From Azolla caroliniana (Eukaryota; Plantae; Polypodiophyta): DNA of 64,000 nucleotides. The notes beneath the pieces are model-generated. The model was not told the origin of the DNA. It searched no databases and worked only from the letters and a program-made list of their open reading frames with translations. The translations under genes and the position numbers were made by a program. The stretch is taken from NCBI GenBank assembly GCA_043228905.1, contig JBHGNT010000008.1, forward strand, positions 16,058,001 through 16,122,000, read 5' to 3'. Below are positions 24,101-37,894 of the stretch, in pieces. Positions within the stretch are counted from its first letter, which is position 1, and the number at the start of each line of letters is the position of its first letter.

Positions 24101-25985
24101 AAAATTGATCTAAGGGGTGCATATAATCTTGTTCGAATTCAACTGGTAGATGAGTAGAAAATTGCATTTCGCACTTAGTATGGTCATTTCGAGTATACAA
24201 TCATGCCTTTCGGGCTCACAAATGCACCCATAATTTTCTAAAACACAGGAGGAGCATGATGTGTTGATTTACTCTAAAACATTATCTACTTAGATGATCT
24301 GTTGATTTACTCTAAAACACAGGAGGAGCATGATGTACATGTGTGGAAAGTACTTGAACACCTAAGAAAGTATGGTCTTTATGCCAAACTTGAGAAGTGT
24401 AGTTTTGACTACAAACAAGTTAAATTCTTGGGTTACACTATTTCAACCAAGGGTATCTTCATGGATTCAACAAAAGTCCAAACAATATTGGAATGAAAAC
24501 CCCCACGTTCAATTTGAGATGTCTAGTGCTTCCTTGGATTTGCCAACTTCTATCAAAAATTCATAGGTAATTATTCAAAGATTGTGTTGCCTCTCACCCA
24601 ACTCACCAAGAAAAATCAAGCATTTGTTTGGACTACTGAAGAGGACACAACCTTTACTCGACTCAAAGAGGCATTCACATTAGCTCCTATCTTAGTGCAT
24701 ATTGATCCCGAAAGCCATTCACTATTGAGGCAGATGCATTAGACTTTGCATTGGGAAGTATCCTATCACAACCAGGCAAGGATGGGTAGTCTCAGCCAGT
24801 CGCATTTCACTCAAGAAAATTTAATGTTTCGGAGATAAACTATGAGGTGCATACCAAGGAGTTACTAGCTATGGTTGACTCTTTTGAGCAATGGCAACAT
24901 TTGTTGGAAGGATTGCCTGATCAAATAATCATTTATAATGATCACAAAAACCTTACATATTTTCAAATGGCTTGAGTGTTAAATAGGAGACAAGCTCGGT
25001 GGGCACAATTTCTAACTCGTTTTGATTTCAAGATCATTTTCCACCTAGGGAAACAAGAAGGGAAAGCAGATGCTTTGTCTTGGAGTTCATATCTGGCACT
25101 TCGACCTGGAGATCCAACCTTCAACAATCAAAAGCAGATTCTCCTAGGACCATAAAAGCTACAGGCAACAAGAATTTATGCCACGCCACTTGATTCAAGC
25201 CTTCTTGATACTATTCGGCATTAACTTCCCTCTGATGATTTAGCTAAGAATGTCTTAGCCCACATTGGTTCAAGCCATGCATCTCGCTCCACATTGCAAG
25301 GGTCATCTCAACACTATCAAGACTTCAAGTGGCAATATGACTTACTCTTCTATAAGAATCTCTTTTATGTCCTTGACGGATCACCCTAACTTCAAGTGTT
25401 AGAGCACTATCATGATGCCCCTATGGCTGGACATTTTTGTATTCCCAAGACCATTGAGCTGGTGAAACGCTCGTTTTGGTGGCCTTAATTGCAAAAAATT
25501 GTCGAAGATAATGTTCACACATATGACACCTAATGTCGAGCCAAAATTCCCAAGCATAATCCTTATGGCTTGTTACAACCGTTACCACCTCCAACCAAGC
25601 CATGATAGTCTATTTCTATGGATTTCATTGTGGTTCTCCCACCTTTAACAAGCTTTGATACTATTTTAATAGTAGCGGATCGATTTACCAAGATGGCAGA
25701 TCTGTAATGAAATCCATAGAAATAGACTGCCAAGATGGCACATTTGTTTCCATGTGTAAAGTGCATCAATAGTCAAGAAACCGCAGATATCATTATGTGT
25801 GAAGTGTTTCGACATTATGGTCTTCCAGACGATACAATTAGCGATCGTGGTCCTCAATTTATCTCTCACTTTTGGAAGCACTTATGGACACCTCAAAATC
25901 TCCTGCAAACTCTCTTCGCCTTATCATTCATAAACAGGCAGACAAATAGAGCGCACAAATAAAATGCTCGGGCAGTATCTTCGAT
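21109..25985 (+). mobile_element. Ty3/Gypsy chromovirus-type (Tcn1/Tf-like) element, degenerate, 3' truncated
   Basis: LTR ~21109-21514 ending TGACA; gag ATG 21567 with PMEID..CLYCG..H..C; protease DTGA; [31 protein letters not shown] and IYLDD; RNase H EADA..ELLA; integrase MDFI..SDRGPQF. Confidence 0.9.
21131..21198 (-). other. tRNA-like (Pol III A/B-box) relic inside a Gypsy LTR
   Basis: Minus strand reads TATCTTAATGGTT...AGGTTTTGGGTTCAAGTCTGAGTGAAGCCA with tRNA-like A/B spacing. Stems are decayed, so it is not a functional tRNA. Confidence 0.55.
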
Positions 25986-26238
25986 GAACACGTTCACGTT
26001 CACAAGTGGAAGGATCCCACATTACACTTGTAGATTACTTTTATAATCTTGCAATTTTAGGCAATTTTTAGAAACTTGATACACTAGCATCACATGTTTT
26101 AAATAGAATATAAAATTTGCTATTTTTTTGAGATTTAACAAGTGTTATAATGATCATTTCTAAAATTGAATAGTTTTTCAATAAATGTTTAAATGTTGAT
26201 GGTCTTTAGATATGAAATGTAGTTAACTTGAAGAAAAT

Positions 26239-28030
26239 TGTAAAAGTTAATATGCGGAAGCTTGGATAAACCGGCTCAACCGGATAACAACAATAAAACA
26301 GAAATGAAGGTTTAATGGAAGCTTAAGAATACATAGTACGGGAGAGCTAGAGAGAGCAGAATCGCATAAACTCAATTCAAAATAACAATACTTTGTACAT
26401 AAAAACAACCTACATAACACTTTTTATAGAAGTCCTTAAAGGATTGATAGAAGTACTTACAAGTACTTCAATGCTTTGACACTAACTCCAAGGAATCTTC
26501 CTACGTACTAGGCTAAGATTGTAGACCTCTAATCACCTACCAGTTACAATCTGATCCGTCTCTCCGATCATGCTCTTGGTTCCAGATACGGATCCGGATA
26601 CCAATCGAGCTCCAACTTATTCAGCCGATCCGGAACTAGTTGAGCTTGTCCGCTCAACACTCCCCCTCAAGCTCAACTTGAGGTCGGATCGTGGTGTTAG
26701 TGTTTGTGGTCCTTCTCTCTGGCTCCTCCTGGTGTCTTCCTGCCTTGCTCGTGCTCCTCGACCTGTTTGGTCCCGCTTTCCGCGACTTGTCCGGTTCCGC
26801 GCCTATCGACCTTCTCGGTCGGCTTGTCTGCTCATAAGGCCCATCTCAGCTTCATCACTATTGCGACTTTGACGCTTCTTGACCCGTCGGTTCGTCCGTG
26901 TCAGTGTTGGCTTCAGTTGCCTTCTTGTCCGTTTGGCCTTTAGTTGATTTGGCTTCTCCGCATCGAACTCCTCTTCCGAATCGGGTGCCTCCGATTCAAT
27001 CCAACTCTTGTTCAATGTGCCGACATCTTTAGTCAACTCGGCTGCGTTTTTCTTCTTGTCTCCCCCCACTTCGTTTATTTCCTTCTGTCCGGCTGCTTGT
27101 CTGGTGCCATTTTCTGCTTTCCTAGTTTCCATTCTAGTTCTGGTTCCGGTTCTCCCCGTATCAGTACCAGTTCTCCCCCTCAAGTGTTGCATGTCGAAAT
27201 GCTGAAGATTAAGCATCTCCGAAAAATGTTGCAACTTGTTGGCTTCAAGTGCCTTGGTGAAGATGTCGGCAACATGCAGATCTGTTCGTACATACAGGAG
27301 TTCAACTTCACCAGTGAGGACCCACTCGCACACAAAGTGATAATGCACTTCTATGTGCTTTGTCCGAGCATGGAACACGGGGTTCTTGGCTAGCTGCTTG
27401 CTGCTCATGTTGTCCCAGTAGATCGGGATCAGAGTTGGTACTTCGATCTAGAGGTCTTGCAACAGCTGCCGAAGCTAGATGGTTTTAGAGGTGGCAACGG
27501 TAATGCCCCGATATTTAGCCTCAGTGCTCGGTAGAGCCACTATCGGCTACTTTTTACTACTCCATGCAACAACCGCGCTACCAAGGGAGAACATTTAATC
27601 GGAAGTGGACCGACGATTCGACGCATCACCGACCCAATTGGCATCTATATAGCCGACTAGCTTCGCGGTTATACCGTGTCGGTATAACAGTCCTCGGTCC
27701 TTAGTGCCGCTAACATACCTCAGTATTCGGTGCACGCACTGAAGGTGTTGCACAGTTGGCTCATGCATGAATTGACTAATCACTCCAACCAGATAGCTAA
27801 TGTCGGGTTAGGTGATCGTTAAATAAATAAGACTTCCGACAATTTGTCAGAACCATTTCTCATCGCAGGCCGGTCCGGAGCCGGGATGAAGCTTCAGGTT
27901 CCGGTCTAGGGGTGTGGGGATTGGTTGGCAATCAGTCATGCCGAACTTAAACAATATATTCAACACGTAACGTCTCTAGGACAACAATATGCTGTCGGGG
28001 GTATGGATCACTTCATCTAGAGGAAGTAAT
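26239..28030 (-). mobile_element. Copia family B 3' half: RT end, RNase H, extension, PPT, 3' LTR 26239-26659
   Basis: KNPVFHARTKHIEVHYHF..ADIFTKAL; YIDANW..RRST; PPT at 26660-26668. Confidence 0.9.
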
Positions 28031-28682
28031 TGTTGGCATAAAAGGCTGACTCCTTCCACTTTGTATCCTAGTGTGAACTCCTCCATATAGTTAGGGCTTA
28101 GTATATAAGCGATAACCTAACGTTGTAAAGAGGATCACTTGATCATCCTGTACGTCGAGTCTTTGAGAGAGAGAGAGAGAAAACAAAAATAAAGAGAGCT
28201 TCCATTAAAGCTTCATCTGTGTGTCTATTATCTGTCTATATCTTCTTGCCTTCCCTTTATGTTGTTTGTTGAGCACAACTGACAGGTCCTCACATACGTT
28301 TCTGCTCATATTTGTCCTTCAACTAGTATTAGAGCGATCCGGAGCTCGACGACAACAAACAACAAAAAAAAGCTGAAAGGAAAAAGACCAGGTTAGCAAA
28401 TCTCACTTTCAAAAGAATCATGGCATCAACATCTGGTACGGGAATTGAGATCCGAAAATTCGACGGCAAAAACTTTGCCCTATGGAAGGAGATGATGCAG
28501 GATGTACTAATTATTTGAAGACAAGTCGAGGCCATTCGAGACTACGAAAAGCCTGCTTCAATGTCAGGCGATGAGTGGAGATCAATGGACGAAATCGCAC
28601 GCTCCACAATTTGAATGCACCTAGCCAAAAATGTCTACTTCAACATGGCAAAAGAGACGACATCGTTCGCATTATGGGAGAA
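28031..28682 (+). mobile_element. Copia 5' fragment: LTR 28031-28321, degenerate PBS, gag N-terminus
   Basis: TAGTATTAGAGC (decayed TGGTATCAGAGC); IRKFDGKNFALWKEMMQDVL. Confidence 0.85.
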
Positions 28683-31045
28683 CCGTATATGGACCTGACG
28701 AGAGGTATGAGGTTGGCGAGGCGGCCATGAACCGTATACGAACCCGACCGATAGAGTCGGCAAGACAAAGATCGGACACGCTTGGTACACGAGTAGGTGA
28801 CCCAACAAATTGGTGGCCCAAGAAGGATCCTTCACACCTGTCTGGAGACCCCGGCAGTTTGGCCGACGTGGCAATGTGAGACCGAGGGTAATGGAAGGTG
28901 GCAACAAGGGGACGAAGGCGGCAACAACAAAAGCACCAAATAGCCGAAGTGTCACGTGAACGAAGGAGGCCATGCGGGCTGGAACGCGACGATGGTGGTC
29001 TTCTGGTAAGTTGCCGGGGACACCCCGTCAAGGATCATTGTGCCAAGCCGGGAAAGGCACACCGGAAAGCGGATCGGAAGACGAGCGTGTGGCCATCGAG
29101 GGCCAAAGCAAAGCATGGGTATGGGACGGCGTTCGGCACAGGCGGTGCGGAACAAGGAAGGTGGAAGACGCCACACGGAGGTGTCGGGAATGAGAGCATG
29201 GGCGCGTAACAGACTACACGGATTGGAGACCGGAAACAGGATCGAGGGCCAGAGAATGATCCTCCACACCTGCTTCAGAGATCTCGGCGGCTCAGTCGGA
29301 GTGGCAACAACTGGCGTGGCAAGCCAAACCCGAAGTAACAAGCTAGTGGGGGCGAGGGGACGACGCCAAGCGGAAGGCTCCGAACCGGTGGCAACAACAC
29401 AAGACGAAAGTGACCAAGCGGGCTACTACGGGGTGTTCCTCGGACGTGGAGGACACTGGTATGCGGAGTAGCGGCGATGCACGATTTGGCCGGGCGAGGG
29501 CCGATGACACGTGCATGGGAAGTAACCGGAGTTCGGCATGGGCGGTGCCGTACACGAGAAGGGGATGCGCGGCACACGAAGGTGCCGGAGCGGGATTACA
29601 GGCGCGAAGATGGGTTGCCGGTCTAGGTGATCTCATGTAGAAGGCCGGAGAGGGATCCTCCACACTGGTTCCGGAGACTTTGGCAGTTCGGCCGCTGTGG
29701 CAACGTAAGACCAAGGAGAAGGCAGGTGGCGGCGAGGGGAAGAAAGCGATGGAGATCAGTGCAGAATGACAGTCGGGATGACGCGAAGGTCGGCGGAGGC
29801 CAAGCGGGCCATCACGGGTGCTCCTTGGACGGAGGGCACCGTGTATTCGAAAGGACAAGAAGCGTGCATGCGGTCGAAAGAAGGACCAACGGGGAGCACG
29901 CGCACTACGGGATCGCGACGAATGACCTACCGATGGGTCGAATGAGCCTATGGAGAGGCAAACGCACAGAAGGAACCGGAGCCAACGGTTTGGACCGGCG
30001 AGGCCAATGCGGCTGCCGGAATGCGGATTACGGAAGACTAGTTTCTCACCGGCTGGAATCTCTCACAGTTCCCCAAATTTGGCACGTACCAGCGGACGTG
30101 CGGTTTGGTGGGGGCGGATGTCGTGAAGATTCTGGGCTACAGCGAGAAACCGGGAGATATTGGAGGAATCGACGGAGCGCATCATGTGCACTTACCCTTG
30201 TATAAACGTGTGAATAATAGGGGTGCCTTTATGGCGCCGAATAGGAGTTAAGTTGGGATAGAGAACCCCATGTAATAAGGGATTTATCCCACATTGTTAC
30301 GCATCCCTCTCCTTGTTCTATAAAATGAAGGGAGTGTCCCTTGTAAAAGGGTTGCCCATTTTGAGTTAGAAGGGTATACCGTTAGATTTAGGGTTTGGTA
30401 GTTCTTGGTCTTCATCTTCTCTTATTCCCTTAGGGTTTGTACTTTGGTCTTCACTCTATTTCGTTTTAGGGTTTCATCTTGGTAGCTTTCTTCTTCTTCT
30501 TACTTTCTTGTTTTCGGTTAGGGTTCTTCGACTTCTTCTTCTCCTTCGTGTCTGTGTAGGGTTTAGCTCGGTGAAGAGCTTGTATGTTCAGTGGGGTTTG
30601 CTTCTGCTCGGTCTCTTGTGCAAGACCCCGCTTGGCGCGACGAGCCCGAGAGCTCCCCGATTGGCGGCTTGGCAACATACGGCTGTTGTAACCTAACCTA
30701 CCTTGGTCCGGCTCGAAGCCGGTATTGTATCTTGCACCTGTATTTATATATATATAAAAGGTTGTGCGTATTTGTGTCTATGTTGGTGTCGGGTGCGTTT
30801 CTTTCCCTTTGTTTCCTGTACATAAGAGGTGTGTGTTGAGTCGGTATTGCGCGCATGGTCTCTCTCTCTCTCTTCCTCGCTCGTGTTCGGTAGCCGCCGG
30901 TACATGTCCGGAATCACTCCAGGGTGTGCCATAACCAGTGTAGCCGGGACTGGAGAGAAGTCGGCTTCTCGACACCCATCTCTTCCTCATCCGAGACCCC
31001 CGTGGTCCCGCCCCTTCCTACACATACCCGCGGAATACCGCGACA
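28683..31045 (+). mobile_element. 3' part of a non-autonomous Gypsy-related LTR element: GC/purine-rich interior plus 3' LTR 30119-31045
   Basis: Same GTGCGGTTTGGTGGGGGCGGA|TGTCGTGAA junction as 41771-41799; LTR ends CGCGACA; shares an internal motif with 39750-40620. Confidence 0.8.
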
Positions 31046-31092
31046 CCGTGTGCGAGAAAAAGGGATTAGGGTTTAGCGTTTAGCGTTTAGGG

Positions 31093-33760
31093 TGGAAACA
31101 CTGGACAAGGGGCTCAAGGTGCTTGATGTGTTTTCGACATTCGAAAGTCGATTCGGGAGGCTGTCTGCGAGAGATGAAGCTATCCTCGCACCGGATAAAG
31201 TAATCATGTTCTTACGAGCTGTGGACGTCTGGGACCAGAAAGATCTTGGAGTGCTTCTGGAGGATACGACTATTGAGAGCGGCCTCACCAATACATGGGA
31301 AAATGTGTGGGACATCGTCGCGTGATACACAAAGAGGGGGTAATGGCTCGGTAATGAAGAAAAGAGAATTTCGGAACCAATCTCGAGACCAAGACCTGTA
31401 TTGGAAGATCACCAACCATGACCTCGGGAGACTATGACCGAAAAGGAAATCGATGCTACCATGGCGGAGCAATTGCTGAAGGAGATGGAAAATCTCAAGA
31501 TTTCCATGGTGAAGAAATCGGAAGACCGTCCCACGAGTTCCAAGTATATGAACCATCGATGCATATGGTGCGATAGCACCGAACATGATGGGAAAGATTG
31601 CAATGAACACAAGCAGGCTCTACGATGGGATCTCATCTACAATGAGGGAAATCAGATCCATTTGATGGACTCTCAAAAGCCACTTCGATCGAACTTCTGA
31701 AAGGGCGGCATGAAGAAGGTCCTAGAGGAGGAGATGGCGGCAAAAAGAAATTATGCGACAACTGCGGGAATACATGTGAGAGAGACATCTAATGCGAAGT
31801 CGTCTTTCTGGCCGGAAGTGCTAGAAATCTCTGAGAAAACCGACTCTGATGAAATCTAGAGCAACGCGGAAGACATCCGCGAAGCTACGGGATGGGAGTG
31901 CCCCGTAGATAAAAATAACATATACGCCTTATGTTAATTACATGAGGTGTATGTAAATGAGAAATGATGGTGCACGGATGATGCAGCCGGACCATCGAAG
32001 ACGCTAGAGAACTGGAATTCCGAAGGGAAAGGAAAAGGAAAAAGGACCCCTGCATTCAAACTCGCTTCGGGTGTTCGCAGAAAGAATCCTTGATAGTTGG
32101 GTGGAATTTTCTCTCCGAGAATTGCTCGGAATAGCAAAGAAAGAGTTCCACGATCTCTTCGTGGATCTCGTAAAAAGAAAGAGGCAATCTATGGAGGTAT
32201 TAAATGCTCCAAGGGTGAATGTGAATACCGTCCTAATGAATGACATGGAAGTGGAGGATCAGATTCCGAACTCCACTTACACAAAACCACAATGGGCCCG
32301 GGCAACTACGGAGACTCCAGTCTGGATTGGAAACATCAAAGAGCCCGTAGTTGCATTGATTGATCATGGATCGGAGATCAAAGTGATTTCCGAAGAGTCA
32401 ACCAGAAGGGGAAGTGGCCTATTAACACCAATCATGGATGGAAGATCCGGGTAGCCACTAAAGCAACATAAGATCTGTTTGCGGTTTGTCTGGATGTGAT
32501 GGTGAAGATCGGAGATGTGGAGATTGACCAAAATTTCTTCGTGCAAGATGAGGTCTCACATTTCGTGATCCTCGGGCAACCCTTTATCACGGCTTCACGG
32601 ATGGAAACAAATGTGCTCGATAACGGAGTGGCTTTTGCACGGATTCGGAGCCAGAGCAGAGGGAAAACCGTCCAATTCCTAACTGTTCCATCGAAACACG
32701 AAAGGAACAATAGAGAGCTCTTGTCCCAAACAAAAATGGATATTTAAAGCGGACTATTGCGGAGTGGGGAAGTGATACCCACACAAGAAGAAAACTCTCT
32801 GAGCGAAACAACTGCGAATCAGTCTCGCTGGGGCATCTACGTACATGGTCGTGGCCGGAAAAATGAAGAAAGAACTCCAGAAGATGCAGGATGAGCTACA
32901 GTCTGCATCAATCATAAAAGAGGACAAAGAAATCATGGGAGTAGTTGACGAAGTGTTCTATGGGAGCACACTACAACGACTTGAAGAGTTTGCGGAAGAG
33001 AATAGCCAAGAAGATCGGGTAGTTTCGATGGAATGGGTCGAGATGTACGAGATCATTGCGGAAATGGGGCTAGATGTGCTCTGCAAAGAAGATGCAATGG
33101 TGTGTACAAAATACAAGACCGTAGAAAAGAAGGTGAAACCGTCTACGGGACTGTTACCCGCCAATAGTGAACAAAAGAGGAAAGAAGTCTCGTGAGATCC
33201 GACACTTCAAAAGTCCATGGATATTAGACATACCTTCACAAATGAGACCCGGAAGAAACTCCGGATCGATGGAGATAGGTTCCTCTTACCGAAGGAAGAA
33301 GAAAGATTTTGTGAGATGTTGGAGCAACATGGAAAAGCATTCGCATTAACATCAAGAGATATCGGGTACATTGATCCAAAGATATTGGAGTTGATGATGA
33401 TCTTCACGATTGAACATGTGCCATGGAACCTGAAGCAGATTCTGGTGCCACGAGCTCATATTCCGAAAATCATTGACTTGCTCAAGGAGAAGGTGGTGAT
33501 GGGGATTCTAGAGCCATCAATTGCTCCGTACTCAAATCGATGGTTTACGATCCAAAGAAGAATGGGTCACTCCAGTTTATTCAAGATTTGCAACCGGTGA
33601 ACAAAGTCATGATCCGGAACTCCGGAGTCGGTCCGATAGTGAATAAATTTGTGGAAGCATTTGCCGGGCGCACGATATACTCCATCAGGAACCTATACTC
33701 CGGATATGACCAATTTCAACTAGCCGTGGATGGCTGGGATATCACTACAATGCGAACACT
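31093..33760 (+). mobile_element. Gypsy non-chromovirus (copy B) left part: gag, protease, RT N-terminus
   Basis: CIWCDSTEHDGKDC knuckle; WARATTET..VVALIDHGSEI; APYSNRWF, FIQDLQPVNKV, LYSGYDQFQL. Confidence 0.88.
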
Positions 33761-33780
33761 GAGATATCACTACTATAAAC

Positions 33781-36700
33781 CGGTACAATTAGAGACTCGG
33801 AGGCAACTACCTCAAGCTCTGTATCTTCGTCAGGTGGTGGTTACAACAGAGTATCGCTCTATATCTCGCTCTCACTCTCTTCCTCTCTCTCTATACAACA
33901 GTTATGCACACCAACAATATGACAACAAAACACACATATAAAGTGATTACCCTATGTCATATTTATACTTATATGAACTTAGGGCTATTTACAAATATAG
34001 CCTCAATAGGCTTACTCAAAACATATTTACAAATCTGTCTTCTCTTTTGGTTCTCACCGGGTCCACCGATCCGGTTTTCAGATCCCTTCAGGTTCTCACC
34101 GAGTCCGCTCCATTCATTACCGGATCCCATCCGGAGGGACCGATTTCCCAACAATCTCCCCCTTCACTCCGACATGGGATGTCTCGCCAACCCGATCCTC
34201 TTTGGGCACGCGTCCAGCTTGTCGGTAGTCAACACCTTGGTTAGAATATCCGACCCATTCTCCTTCGTGTGGATCTTCGTCAACACGAACTCTTGATCTT
34301 CTACTCTCTCCTGGATCCAGTGGTACCTCTGTTGGATATGTTTCGTCCGGGAATGGTAGGTCGCATTCTTCGCAAGTTGGATGACACTTTGATTGTCGCA
34401 CTAGAGCCGATATTCCTTCTGTTGGATCCCTAGCTCTCCAATGAAGTCCTTCATCTAGATTATCTCCTTGCCGGCTTCTACAACTGCCATATACTCTGCC
34501 TTCGTGGTTGAAAACACAACCGTCTTCTGCATCCTCGACTCCCACGAAACAACTCCCCCTGCATAAGTCATGACATATCCGGATGTCGACTGACTGGTAT
34601 CCGCATTAGCCGACATATCTGATTCGTTGAATTCGTCAAGTTGGGGATTACCGGAGCCGAACCGGAGGCACATACTCTAGGTGCCTTTCAGATACCGGAG
34701 TATCCACTTGACTGCGTTCCAGTGCTCTCTTCCAGGATTGCTCATGAACTGGCTCACCACACCGACTGCATATCCGATATCCGTCCGAGTACATACCATC
34801 GCGTACATCAAGCTTCCGATGGTAGAGGCATATGGTATATTCATCATATTCGTCTTCTCCGCGTTTGTCCTCGGGCTTTGCATTTTTCCTTTGGCTTTGT
34901 TTCCTGGATAGCTTGCAGTTTGCCGGAAGTGTCGATCCGACCGGTTTCGCCTTCGACATGTTGAACCATTCAAGCACCTTTGTCACGTACTTCTCCGATG
35001 ACAACCACAATAGCTTCTTCGACCGGTCCCGGATGATGTGCATTCCCAATATCTGTCTTGCCGGACCCAAGTCTTTCATTGAGAAGGTCCGGTTCAGAGC
35101 CTTCTTCAGCATCCAAATCTTGCCTTGGTCTCGTTCGACGATCAACATATCATCCACATATAGGAGAAGTATCAGGGAATCTCCTCCGTCAAATTTCTTC
35201 ACAAACATGCAATGATCGGCTAGCGTCTTGTGGTACCCTTGGTCGGTCATGAAGGAGTCAAAGATCCGGTACCATTGTTGGGGAGCTTGCTTCAATCCGT
35301 ATAAGCTCCTCTTCAGCTGGCACACCAGGTGCTCCTTCTCTTTCTTCTCAAATCCTTCTGGTTCATGCATGTAGATGTCTTCTTGAAGGTCGCCATGTAG
35401 GAGTGTTGTCTTGACATCCAGTTGCTCTACCTCGAGGTCCATGCTTGCCGCTATGCTCAATACTGTCCGGATGGATGTCATCTTTACTATGGGCAAAGAT
35501 CTCATCGAAGTCCACTCCTTTCCTCTGTTGGAAACCCTTCACCACGATCCGGGCTTTGTACCTTGGTGGATTTCCCGCGTCTCCCAGTTTCAGATTGTAC
35601 ACCCACTTGTTCTAGAGTGCTCTCTTCCGTTTCGGCAACTCCGTTAGTTCATACGTGTGGTTCTCATGTAGGGAATCCATCTCTTCCTACATGGCACTCA
35701 ACCACTTATGGTTGTGGGTGTCTGTCTTTGCTCCTTCGAAGCTTTTCGGCTCCCCCTCATCGGTTAGAACCACATGCTTTGTATCCGGAAATCTCCGGGG
35801 GGCTCTTCTCTTTCGGAGAGGATATCTTCATCCCTGGTTTTTGACCACCGGTTCCTCCGTTTGTTCCTCATCGTCATCCGATTCGGGATCTTGTCTGGTT
35901 CCGATGTCTTCTTCTTCTTCTTAGGTCAATTCGGTTTCTTGTCCGTATCCGGACGGTTCATCAAGTGTCGTCCGGTTACCGGCTAACATCCGGTTTTCAA
36001 CCGGGTAAGTCCTTGTGTCCTCAAGCCGGTTTTCATTGGATGATCCAGAGTTCATCATCTTCTTCTCCGACTCCCAATCAGCAATGGTCCTGTCTTCCAT
36101 GAAGACCAAGTCCCGACTACGGAACACCTTTTTGTTGACTAGATCCCACACCCAAGGACTATGCATGGCATGGACTTCAGATCCAGCTTTGCTCTCTTGT
36201 CCTTTGCAACATGCACATATGCGAGACACCCGAACACCTTTAGATGCCGGTACGATACGTCCTTACCGGTCCATACTCTTTCCGGTGTGTCTCCGTCCAA
36301 GGGTATTGAGGGTGATCTGTTTATCATGTAAGTCGCCATGGTCAGCGCCTCACCACAAAACATCTTGGGTAACTTGGCATGTGCTAGCATGCTACGGACT
36401 CTCATGTCTCGGTTCTTCATCACTTGTCGCGATCACTGATGTTCCTTTCTGATCCGGGCCTCTCCTGTCCAAACCATTTCTATCTGAACTCTTCTTCGAA
36501 TCGGTGGTGCCAATTTCTTTCTCTTTTTCGAAATGCCGACAGTTCTTCTGGAAGTGCGATGGCTTACCACAGTAGAAGCAAGTAGGCCTCTCCCTTGACT
36601 TCGACCTCGTCCCCGACTTGTCCCGGTTTTGGGGACTCCTATATAGGCCTCTTCCCCGGTTGTGGTCATCTTCTGTGACCAAGGCTTTCGAATTGGTTCC

Positions 36701-37894
36701 GGACTCCCGGTCCTTCCGGGGAGCTTCTTCATCTAGCAAGCTTGATTTTACTCTTACTAGGGACAATTGCTTTCCTTCCGGCCTGGCGTTGCCCAACGTG
36801 ATAACTAGCGTCTCCCAACTATCCGGGAGGGAATGAAGCAGGAATAATGTGAGTACCTCATCTGCGAGAGGTACTTCCAATGAGGTTGCTTGGTGTATTA
36901 GCTCTTGGAAGGCATTCATGTGCTCCACCATACTAGAGTCATCTTGGTACCGGAGCCTCATTAGCTTTCGGAATACCGAAACCCGATTAACGACATTCTT
37001 GTTCTAGAACATGCTGCCGATCTTCTCCCAGAGTTCATGAGCCTTGATCTCTTCATTGAACTTGTTGTAGAGGCTCATGTCAATGAAGCAGCGGATGTAT
37101 GCCATCCTCTTCATGTGCATCACCTCCAACATTGTTGCGCCGATCTTATTTGCTCTCTTGTCCACGAACTGAACTGGCAACAAAAGATCTTTACCCACCA
37201 ACATATCCCTCATCTTTGACTTCCACACTGAGTAGTTGGAGCCGTTGAGCTTGAACATGCCGCTGAACGATTCTTCCATTTCCTTTGTTGTTCGCTCTGA
37301 TACTAGATTGAAGAGAATAGCATGGAATATTTCTTGGCCACAACCTAGTCTTGAATCACTTCAATGAGAATTAAACACGGAAATGGGAATAGAGATGAAT
37401 ACACGTACACCCAAAATGCAATTACGAAAAGGAGTGAGTGATAAGGACTGGAGAAACGATTTAAAGGAGTGCACAGGATGTTTACGTGGAAAACCTTAAA
37501 TGGGAAAAACCACGAGATTCCACAGAGTCCAACTATTAGTATATGAGCATGATACAATCAGATACTCAGAGGCAACTACCTCGAGCTCTGTATCTTCGCC
37601 AGGCGGTGGTTACAACAAAGTATCGCTCTGTATCTCGCTCTCACTTTCTTCCTCTCTCTCTCTCTATACAACAGTTATGTACACCAACAATATGACAACA
37701 AAACTCACATATAAAGTGACTGCCCTAAGTCATATTTATAGCCTCAATAGGTTTAGTCAAAACATATTTACATATATGTCTTCTCTTCTAGTTCTCACCG
37801 GGTCCACCGATCCGGTTTCCGGATCACTTCTGGTTCTCACTGGGTCCTTTCCATTCATAACCGGATCCCATCCGGAGGGACCGATTTCCCAACA
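33781..37894 (-). mobile_element. Copia family A unit 1 (internally deleted): LTR 37309-37894, gag, partial IN, RT, RH, truncated LTR 33781-34153
   Basis: PBS TAGTATCAGAGC at 37294-37305; CFYCGKPSHFQKNC; gag joined directly to mid-integrase near 36400; LLLYVDDML; PPT 34155-34164. Confidence 0.92.

Noticed and set aside
28683-28686. CCGT at 28683 and 31046 as a TSD
   Set aside because: No 5' LTR follows the left copy; a 4-mer match can be chance.
28683-30118. GC-rich multi-ORF region as a horizontally acquired or host gene
   Set aside because: Overlapping ORFs in all frames reflect GC richness, and the region ends in a PPT/LTR, so it is element interior.
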